Assembly (NCBI GenBank): GCA_012295275.1
Contig: CM022677.1
Location: 2,108,001 to 2,172,000, forward strand
Direction of reading: 5' to 3'
DNA: 64,000 nt
Source: Chrysomallon squamiferum
Lineage: Eukaryota; Animalia; Mollusca
Made by a program: the position numbers and the translations under genes. Below, piece after piece: positions 53,948 to 64,000 of the stretch; the first letter of the stretch is position 1; each line of letters starts with the position of its first letter. Below the pieces are notes generated by a model that did no database searches, was not told where the DNA came from, and saw only the letters and a program-made list of their open reading frames with translations.

Positions 53948-55676
53948 TTTGTCTGTTTCTGTGTGTATATATATATATATATATATATGTCTGTGTATGT
54001 TTATATATATATATATATATATATAAACATACACAGACAGGTATCTACAATCAGAGCAGTATTCGCTCTGTCTTAATCATATCTACATACATTTCTGAAT
54101 TATTATTATTATTATAATTTGCATTTTATTTCATTTGATACCATATAGTTTTACATTTAATTTCTTTATTAATTTCTTTATTTATTATTTTTATTAACTG
54201 ATATTAATTATTAATTAATTAATAAATTAATTTACTTATTTTTATATTTTTTATTATATTATTTTGTTCTTGGGTTTATTGTTACTAATACTTGTTTAAG
54301 TTAAAGTTAATTTATTTCAGATAAACATTTAAAATGTTGTTTTTATTTTCAGTTTTGCTTGAAGATCAGCTGTGTTGGGTCAGTGCAAGAGAAAATAAAA
54401 ATATCTACATGGATGCTCACATAAAAATAGGTTTACTTTCTCTTACTCTTTGTTTATATCTCTGTAGCAGCCAGTATTATACTTCAGTGTTTATATACTT
54501 GCAAAACCATCAGTTTTAGTAAATAGTGTTAATTTATATTGCTGTATTGTTTATATTTAACATTCTGTTTATATACGCTATTCATGAGTATCATGTAGGG
54601 GCCAGTGTTTTTTGGCGTGATTTATTTTTTTCCTCTTATATTCTGTGAACTACAGAATAAATATGTATCTGTGACTGGATGACATTTTATACTGACTGTG
54701 ATAACAAATGAAGTGAATTCTCAGGAAATGTGTTGTCTCACATGTGAAGAGTTCAAAAAACAGATAAAATAGAAAATAAATACAACAAATCACTTTTCTT
54801 TTAATAGCTATTGAAACAGCCAATTATTTTATTTGTTTATTTATTTATTATATTTTAATTAACAAAATTCAACTTTATAAATATTTAAAGTAAAAACTGT
54901 AACCGCATGAATCTGTTTTCTTTTCGTTTTTTTTTTTTACTATTTGACTAGTTATTAATGTTTTTTTCTCTTAATTACAAAATTTGTTGAAAATAATGGT
55001 GGTTTGAGACCATGATGTGGATTCCTTTCTGTTGTTGCAGACACAATACAAGATGCGGTCAGTCGAAGAAATAATTTCCTGTCAGATTATCTCAAGATAG
55101 TTAGGACAATTATAATATTTCATATCTGAGCTAAAAATGAAATTAAGAAAAATAAGAATAATAATTATAAATAATATTAATAGTATCAAATAAATAACAG
55201 CGATAATAATTAATAAAAAAAAAAATAGAGAAAAAAAAATTATTCAAACTTGTAATAAAATAAATGAATAATAATAAACACAATACACACACACACACAC
55301 AAAAACACAAAAAAAAAAAAAAAAAAAAAAAAAGAATAATAAAAAAAATAAGGCTAAAAAGAAATTATATCTATTCTCAAAAAAAAACTAAGCAAAAACA
55401 AAAACAAAAAACTAATTCTTCAGTTAAAAAATAAAGTTAAAACGAAGCAGATATATAATTGTATTTTATTTTATTTATTTATTTATTTAATTATTATTAT
55501 CGGAACACTGCAAAGCAGACGAAGACACTAAGACGGCATTCGGGAAGTTTCGGAATGATCCGAATGGTGACGACCACTTATACAATACTGGGTCAGCGAG
55601 ACTCACTGTTTTGTTTATCAAGACTACAAGTGCCGGCATATCCGGTCTTCAAAATTAGTGTTTATAAAAAGATGGT

Positions 55677-55820
55677 AAATTAAGGTAAGCCGATATGTCC
55701 AATTTATCGAACTACGAGCAAACCTTTCAGGTAAATAAAATCATTAATAGTGGCTCTTGTTGCCGAAACGGAACTTTGGTCGCAATTGAATTGGCTGGCT
55801 ACGGGCCATTTCGAGCCGTG
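55677..55820. mobile_element. Terminus of the same DNA-transposon family as 31014
   Basis: aaacggaactttggtc..ggccatttcgagccgtg is the inverse of 31014-31068. aaattaaggtaagccgata..attaatagtggctctt is shared with 31877-31951. Confidence 0.65.
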
Positions 55821-56208
55821 TATATTAATAATTATACTAATTTATACTATATAATATATTAATTATTATATATAATTTTATATATCATTTATTTTTCTTA
55901 GCAACATTTAGAAATATATACATGTACACAATTTTTTTTTTTTTTTTTGCTAAGTAATATTTTAAATATATATCTGTATTGTATGTACACATTTTTAATA
56001 TACCAGATGTTATGAAGTAGATACTAAAATAGGTATATTAAAAAATTTATTTAAAATGTTAATTGTTATTATGTGTAAAAGACATTTTTATATATTAGGT
56101 AATAGCATTCCTGCTGGTATTTATATTATTATTTTTTCATATAATAATAATAAAATTCAAACTATTAATGATGTATATTTATGTTATATATTTATTTTGT
56201 ATTTACAG

Positions 56209-58845
56209 ATGGTTGAATTTCCACTGGAGTCCATATTGTTCAAGATGTTTGTCATGTCATTTCACTTGGCCTGTAGTTCTGGAATTATCACAGTTGTGTC
56301 TGTGTTGTCTGTGCAGAATGTTTTATACAGACCAGAGGTTTGAAATTCATTTTTTGTATTCGTATCACAGATATGATTAAGCTACTATAACATTAAACAT
56401 CCAATCTTTTGGACATAAGAAAAAGAAAAAGAAAAATTATTATTAAACACATTTTACATACAACATCCTATGTTTTGAAGATGCATAAATAAAATAAATC
56501 ACTTTTCATTCTTCCTAAAGATTATTATTATTATTAATTTTTTTTATGGGAAGTAATCTTTTTTAATACAAATGTTTGACACAATGAGAGTTTTGTCACT
56601 AAATTGGAAAAAACCTTAAAGCTTTCAGTTTCCTTTTTGTTGGTTATTATGAACAATAATAAAATACAGAAAAACCTGAGTAAAATAAATTTATTCTGAC
56701 TAAATTATTTGTATTTTTAATATTTTAGGCGATATTTAAATAGTAATTTGTTTTTGTTTCCAGAGATTACCAATGATAAATTTTATACTTTTTTTTTTTT
56801 AATTAACTATTATTTTATTTATTAGAGTTATCAATAATAAATGTTAAATTTTTTAGTTAACTAATTTTATTGTTACGGTTTATCAATGATAAATGTAAAT
56901 TATCACTTTACAGGATAAACAAGCTCTTTCTGTCCAGAAAAAATGCCAGGTTCCTTCAGGCCAAGGATGACCACTTGACCATGTGTGTAGTGCACAGTTC
57001 AGTGAAGAACAATCACTTCTCCAGTCCTGACTGTTAAGAGAAATTTGTACAGACTCAGACACTCAGATGTACTCAACATGTTTGTAAACAGATGCTGGGT
57101 ATAATGGACAGATAATTCAGTTTACTACCAGATTTTATAAACTTTAAAATAATAAATTACTTAATTTCACCTGAGAATGTTTTAATATTAATATTATTAC
57201 ATATAATTTTAATGTTTATTTGTAAATGCAGACTTTGTCATTGATTTAGCAACTGTGATAACATAGCTGTAAGAGGAAATAGTCAATTGAACATGTATTT
57301 TAGAAAGTTTAAATTTAAAATTTAAAATAAGATAAAGATTATAGATTTTATTTGTTATCAATTTAAAAAATAAAAATAAAATAAAATTTATATATTATTT
57401 ATTTTGAAAATTATTAGATTTATATTTAAAGGTTCTGACTTGATTTGTTCAAACTTGTGTTAAACACACACATTCCTAGATAATCAAAAATTCAGGAACA
57501 TAAGAAATATTTTAATAACTTTTACAATTTGACTTTATTTTATTTCACTTGAGATACATATTTGTTGAAAACATCATTCCAAATTCAAATGAAGAAATAA
57601 AATTATAATAGTTGTTCTACAAAAATGTACAATTTAATGTTTTATTTTCAGAAACAAGCTGGATGTTATGTAAGAATCACCACAGAGTACAGAAATCTAT
57701 TTACAGCAGATTCTTACAGCAAAGAAATCACAGGACAGTTACAGACCATCAGATGTTTTACCTGAGTGCTGTTTTAACAGACTGAGTGATTGGTAAGTAA
57801 ACTGTATGTACATCACATTTGTAATCATACAGACATTTTTGTTTTAAATGTATGAATGTCATGTCTGATGTTTTACATCACACATCCAGTGCTGTTTTAA
57901 CAGGCTGAGTGATTGGTAAGTAAACTGTATGTACATCACATTTGTAATACTATTACAGACATTTTTGTTTTAAATGTATGAATGTCATGTCTGATGTTTT
58001 ACATCACACATCCAGTGCTGTTTTAACAGACTGAGTGATTGGTAAGTAAACTGTATGTACATCACATTTGTAATACACATTTTTTTTTTTAAATGTATGA
58101 ATGTCATGTCTGATGTTTTGGACACAAGCTGGTGTTGTACACAGAGTACAGAAATCTATTTACAGCAGATTCTTCACATCACGTTAGTTTAACTGTCTGC
58201 TTGACTGATAAATAAATGTAAACTTTTCTCTCACAATTTTTAATAAACTTTTCCCTAAGGCCTTTCAGGAACCATGAAGTGTGAAAAATAATTTTACATG
58301 GTCTGTTTCAGATGATACTTATTAAATATTATTTTTGATAACAGTGTAATAGAAAAACCCTCTACCTCTGTTAATTAAGACAGCTATTTTTATGTTCAGT
58401 TTCAAGTGTACATTCTTTAATACATAAGTAGCAGACTGACAAACTCAAGATTGATACTACAATCTGTTACTTCTCATCTCAAATCTACTATTAAGTCACA
58501 AAACATCGGATTTGAATTTTATCTAGTCTTCATTTTACATAATACAAATTCAGAGGTAGACTTTTATAATCAGGACATATTAATACTGTTTATAGAATTC
58601 TGTTTATATTTTTGTTTTAATAAAAACACATTTATTTTTGTTTTAAATATTTCAGGATTGTTTATAGTGAGAAGTGTTAATGATAATCATCTGTTCATTC
58701 TAAATGGCTTCTTGAGTTTGCCTCCAAGTTTTTCAAGTTTTCTGATCACACTGAACTAAGCAAGCAGAAGAAACAGAAGATGAAATATCTCAACAAAAAA
58801 TAAAAAGAAGCTCAATGCTTGGAGAATACTGAGAACTTCTAGAAA
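56209..58845 (+). pseudogene. DHX8: Unprocessed pseudogene of the 3' part of the DEAH-box splicing helicase DHX8/PRP22; exons 56209-56337, 56914-57111, 57652-57792, 58656-~58845
   Basis: [43 protein letters not shown] | DKQALSVQKK.ARF..DDHLT..KNNHFSSPDC*EKFVQ..KQMLGIMDR | NKLDV..RVQKSIYS..FNRLSDW | IVY..KWLLEFASKFFKFSD..LSKQKKQ..NAWRI. All are colinear with the recalled DHX8 C-terminus, with consistent intron phases. Stops, frameshifts and a mutated donor (AT at 57112) are present. Confidence 0.92.
57765..58120 (+). repeat. ~123-bp tandem repeat x3 containing a DHX8 exon end plus its 5' splice site
   Basis: agtgctgttttaacag.ctgagtgattgGTAAGTaaactg occurs at ~57765, 57888 and 58014. Confidence 0.9.
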
Positions 58846-60009
58846 AATCCACACCAATCCAAAGTTTAAAAACATTACTTGTGTGAGTGATGGACTACTT
58901 ATTGAATAATTTATAAAACTGTGATTTCAGATTGGAAGTCACAATGTTGTTCATACAAGATATAGTTACATATAGACGAATATACATAATGTTTGGACCA
59001 GACACAGCAGCAAGTTCAGTCAGGTCTGTGAAAAAAAAAACTTTTAATTTTCAAAAATGATTTTCTAGAAATCCTTGATTACTGCTTTCAAAATAAAATA
59101 CACATTTTATATAAAGCTGTTTGGTCCAGGGGAGATAATTTGACTTTTCTGTTTTATTTTTTGTTTATTTTTTTAATTTTTTTTTTTTTTTTTTTAGTCT
59201 ACTGAATTATCTACACCAAGTATAAAATAACAAAGAACACTAAGACTTCTGGTAAAGATTAGAGCCAATAAACTTATCTTAATAAAACATAAAATGGAAG
59301 TAGATCATTTTGTTTTTTGGAAGATAAAATCAGAAATTATAAATTTTCTGAATAAATAATTTTCAGATTACAAGTTATTTGTTATTTTTTCTGTAAACAA
59401 ATATTTTGGTATTTTTTATTTCATTAATTTGAATATTTTATTATTATACTTTTGTTGGATAGATCAGAAATCTTGGTATTTTTATATTTTTCAGCACCCT
59501 TTTCTCTCATCTTAAAAACCTTATAAAACATTTTAAAACTAATTTAATTTAAAAGTTCAATTATACCTTGCTTTTTTCAATTTGTAATCAAGGACTTTTA
59601 TAACATTTTTCTAAAATTATGTTTTTTATATGAAAAAGTAGTTTTGATATAATGTTTTTTTGTCGAAATAAACATTTCAAATTATTTTGTATTCTGTTTT
59701 GAATTTAATATTTTTACTAGCATTATCAAACATCCTAAGATAAGGAATATTTTTATTTACATAGTTTTGGCACATTAACCGAAACTTAATAAACATTATA
59801 AATTCTTATATGTTAGTAGCTGTACAAAATTATTAGACTTTTCTGATTCAGGGTGAGTACATGAAACATCTGCAACACAGAGAGAAAATAAAATTAAAAA
59901 ATCACAGACTAGTTGAGGAATTTGATTACATACATTTATTTATTTGTATTTTAAAAACTGAAAAACAAAACAGATTTCACCCATTTTATCTAGTCAGTAA
60001 GAGATTATA

Positions 60010-61370
60010 AACATTTACTCAGTCTGTCAGGAATTTTTCTTTACACTGTCACAATAGAAGTGAAAACATCAGCCTAAGAGACACACACTGATGTACTGGT
60101 TGAACCAAAACGTATTTTCTGAGCATTAACACCTCATATTTCCTATGTCACAGTTTGATGTGTAGATTGGGAAAACAATTCCTGACTCCAGCACTGCGAG
60201 AAGACAGCAACTGTTACAGTCTCTGATACTGCATTGGTCCCACTCTGCTGTGTGAGTCAGGTAAAGGACTAGCTCAGTCCTTCGTATTGTCAGTGTGGCG
60301 AGACATCTCTCTCATGAACACTGCCTTCCCAAGTTTCTGTCTCATCTTGTTCTGCTGTTTTTTCTCTGTTTCCTTTCTCTTCTCATCCAGCTTCAGTTTC
60401 AGACGTCACCTGCTCTTCAACTTCCTGGCTGTTGTGTTTGCCACCGTCATGCACTGTCCTCTCAGTCATCTGCCAAGTGCTTTCATTTGGCAGCATAACA
60501 AATGAAGTGTTTAAACAGGCATCAGCTTATTTTCCCAAGAACACAGACTTCAACAGCACTCTGCCGTTTACATGTTGTTTCTGTCCATGTAAACCATCAC
60601 AGAACCATCAACATCACTATCTTCTGCAACAGGAACAGAGGGTAAGGAAACTTGAACACAAACAACATCAACTTGCCATCCTTCATCTTCTCTCCTTCTC
60701 TCATACATTCTTACATTTACAAATTTAACTGCAATCATCATAATACTTATCCTTCTTTTCAACTATCACTTAGTAATCAAAGCAGAAGGATGAATGCCTT
60801 TAAATACATCTCAGCTTTAACTGAAATCTAATTTACCATATATTATCAAACAAATAAAATAAATAAACTTTAACAGAGCCAAACAAACTCATTTCAATTA
60901 GAAAAATGATTTCAAATTTTAGTATTTAACAAGATAATATAAAAAAATTAATAAATAAATGAATAAATAAAAACAACCACATACCTAATGGCTTGAACAG
61001 CATGTTCTACTGAAACAAATTCACTGGTATACACCAACATCAGCACATCAATTAGAGCTAAAAAAAGTAAAAAGCAATAATAAACAAACAGTTATAAATA
61101 AATAACTAATACTTCCGACATGCTTTGTGATTAATAAATTATGTGACCGAGTAATGCAACAAAACAACAGCAAATAACTGAATATTATTACACTATTTTA
61201 TAATTAATTAAGAACTATTACAAAACTTATTTTTCTGTTGACAACACAAAAGTAAAATAAATTAAACTCACAACTGAGAATGGTTTCTGTAACAGCTGAT
61301 TCATCCTTCTCCATGATGTAAATTCACTTTCTAGACAGCACCTGAATAACACTACAGTGACCTACAACAA
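60010..61370 (-). pseudogene. Inverted homolog of the 21.3-23.4 kb exon set (probable copy 5, 5' part of the LRMP-like relic)
   Basis: 61290-61365 matches 21890-21965 and 60985-61060 matches 22309-22375. 60300-60550 gives NESTWQMTERTVHDGGKHNSQEVEEQVTSETEAG*. Confidence 0.6.
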
Positions 61371-61421
61371 ATATTTAACACCAATAGTAAATATAAAGTT
61401 TATTAATTTTTATTACAAAAT

Positions 61422-61495
61422 GCATTTATCTGACAAATGTAGATCGATATAGATATATATATATTTATCGATCTACATTCGTCGGATAAATACAT
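61422..61495. repeat. Short palindrome around (AT)n
   Basis: atttatctgacaaatgtagatcgata...tatcgatctacattcgtcggataaat. Confidence 0.8.
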
Positions 61496-61550
61496 TTTTC
61501 TCTGCTTTGAGGATATTTTAATTGTTCTTATTTACATATGAAATTGCCCA

Positions 61551-62105
61551 AGACACACACACAGATTAAACAGTATGTTGTTAATGACACACACACAGAT
61601 TAAACAGTATGTTGTTAATGACACACACACAGATTAAACAGTATGTTGTTAAAGACACACACACAGATTAAACAGTATGTTGTTAAAGACACACACACAC
61701 AGATTAAACAGTATGTTGTTAAAGAAAGACACACACACAGATTAAACAGTATGTTGTTAATGACACACACAGATTAAACAGATTAAACAGTATGTTGTTA
61801 AAGACACACACACAGATTAAACAGTATGTTGTTAAAGACACACACACAGATTAAACAGTATGTTGTTAATGACACACACACACAGATTAAACAGTATGTT
61901 GTTAAAGACACACACACAGATTAAACAGTATGTTGTTAAAGACACACAGACACACAGTATGTTGTTAAACACACACAGAAACAGTATGTTGTTAAAGACA
62001 CACACACAGATTAAACAGTATGTTGTTAAAGACACACACACAGATTAAACAGTATGTTGTTAAAGACACACACACAGATTAAACAGTATGTTGTTAATGA
62101 CACAC
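61551..62105. repeat. ~33-bp minisatellite x~17
   Basis: (ac)nagattaaacagtatgttgttaa(a/t)g. Confidence 0.95.
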
Positions 62106-62317
62106 ATTACACTGCCTAATGACAACATCAAAGAAACAAAACAAAACAAGGGAGAAATGTTTCTTACAACATCATGCAGCCAAATGCTTATAAAAACAAG
62201 GCCAAAGTTTCATGTTCTCCCTCACACCTCCCCATTACCTCTGTGTTCATGAAACAGAACAGCCAGTTCATTGCTCCCAAACCAAGGATTTTTACTTTAA
62301 CTGTCTCACAACCCCTA

Positions 62318-62443
62318 AGCCCCTAGTACAAGATTCCTGCATATGTGGTGAAAACCACAAAATCAGAGTGAAGAGCGAAGCCCCTAGCTACAAGATTCCT
62401 GCATATGTGGTGAAAACCACAAAATCAGAGTGAAGAGCGAAGC
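62318..62443. repeat. ~62-bp tandem duplication
   Basis: agcccctag(c)tacaagattcctgcatatgtggtgaaaaccacaaaatcagagtgaagagcga x2. Confidence 0.9.
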
Positions 62444-62647
62444 CACACAGCTGTACAAATTTAAAACCTGTAAACTGACCACATCTTGGCTGCTTATTAA
62501 TGCAACATAACTTTTACAATTTAGAAACTGTCATTGAATGTTTGTCATTGCACACTTCCCTGTAAACAGGTATTGCAGACAGTTAAATAGAACGTTAATT
62601 ATTTTCATATATTGGTAGTTATAATTATCAATACATATTTATTTAAT

Positions 62648-63496
62648 AGAGAGGTTTAGCATAGACGTAACTTTCATATACCAAATCTGTATTGTCTTTT
62701 TGTGAGATCTTCTCAATATAGGACATGCCTAAATGTGCATGTTTATGCATAGTGAAGTACTTACGTATGTGCATTTCACATAAATGATTGCTAAAGACAG
62801 ATCTCTTCTCTCCAAAAAAGCTGTGGTTGGACTTGCGTACCTTTGGCTGAATGAGATTACAATTTCAGGTGCTAAATTCAAACTAATATATGCTTGAAAA
62901 GTAGTAAATTAATGTTGATGACCCTTATATTACCTTAAAATGTTGTTTAGATTCTTGCTGAGAAATAGACTGAAAATGTATTTGTTTGCAAACAAAAATT
63001 CTAGCCAGTCTGTAGTTTTGTGTGTACTATGCTACTGTAAGAGAAACAAATAACAAATAACTTGTATGTTACAAAATTTTCAAAAAATGTATTTTCATAT
63101 TAAATTATGTATAAGAAAAAAACAATAAAAACAGATTAAAATCACTCAAAGGCATCTTTGATAACTTTGATATGAACAAGACTATGAATATTTATCTGAA
63201 TAAAATTTGCTTGCATTTTTCTTTCAAAAACTATGGAGAACCAGTAATTGATTTTGGTCATTTGGCAATATAAACAATGTGTTTTATATACATGTTAAAA
63301 CCAAAGCTGCATATATTCAAATAAAGCTTTTTAGAGTTCTAGAGCTATAGTTACTTCCCTTTCTTGAACTATTTTGATACAAACTTAGTGTTTTATGTGG
63401 AAGCTAAACTGAAAGTGAGTTACATATATGACCTGTATTGTAAGGTCCATATGTAATCAGATATATGAACACATTATGTCTATGCTAAACCTCTCT
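62648..63496. mobile_element. Non-autonomous PIF/Harbinger-superfamily-like element with 19-bp perfect TIRs and a 3-bp AAT TSD
   Basis: aat|agagaggtttagcatagac ... gtctatgctaaacctctct|aat. Confidence 0.85.
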
Positions 63497-64000
63497 AATA
63501 TTTGTCATTATTTTATATTTTCTCTATTTATATATATATATATGAACTAGATAATCTGAAAGAGTATAGATTGTATAAAAAATATACATTAATAAAGTAT
63601 CTATAGTTAATATATGTAAACAAATGCAGCTAATGAAAATAGGTTCATAGATAATCAGGTTTTATGTTAGAGAAAGACAAGATCATCCATCTTTGTCACA
63701 GTAGCTGTGTATCCAGTTATGATTACAATCAGACTTTCTCTGCACAACTGCGAATTAGATAAGATTCACACTTTAACTACGCAAGATGTTTTTTCCACAT
63801 ATAACAGTTAATTTTTTAAACCTTGTAAAATGGTAAACTTTATTTCGGAGTTCTTAGTTTGAATTACAGTAATATGTTTTTCTGATAGTAAATAATAAAA
63901 TATGACATAACTGACTGCTAAAGTGCAAATCAGATAGATTCACTATTCTGTTTCTAACCTTCACACTCTACAACACTCAAGCAAACATCCCTGTTCATTA

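Noticed and set aside
31014-55820. One giant 25-kb element bounded by cagggctcgaaatggcc and ggccatttcgagccgtg
   Set aside because: The flanks (taattatg versus tatattaa) do not form a TSD, the ends are diverged, and the span crosses two scaffold gaps.

Overview
AT-rich animal genomic DNA, probably a mollusc or other lophotrochozoan (inferred from the repeat and transposon content). It is assembled as three contigs joined by two 200-N gaps (33211-33410, 53748-53947), and an Oxford Nanopore adapter remnant sits at the first contig end. I found no clearly intact host gene; the window reads as a graveyard of genes and transposons. Transposons: a near-complete Buster-type hAT element (9286-12222), remnants of a second Buster, two MULEs, a Ginger2-like integrase element, a piggyBac, a CR1/L2-type LINE, and several MITEs. 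Viral: a parvovirus/densovirus-like NS1 (SF3 helicase) endogenous element (~46.0-46.9 kb) with a hairpin at one edge. Intron-containing host gene relics: an uncharacterised ~425-codon terminal exon with one frameshift and one TGA, TSP1-repeat exons, the 3' part of DHX8/PRP22, and at least 4-5 fragmentary copies, in both orientations, of an LRMP/IRAG (MRVI1-domain, KASH-like tail) gene within multi-kb segmental duplications. All family calls come from manual translation and recalled motifs; no database searches were run.
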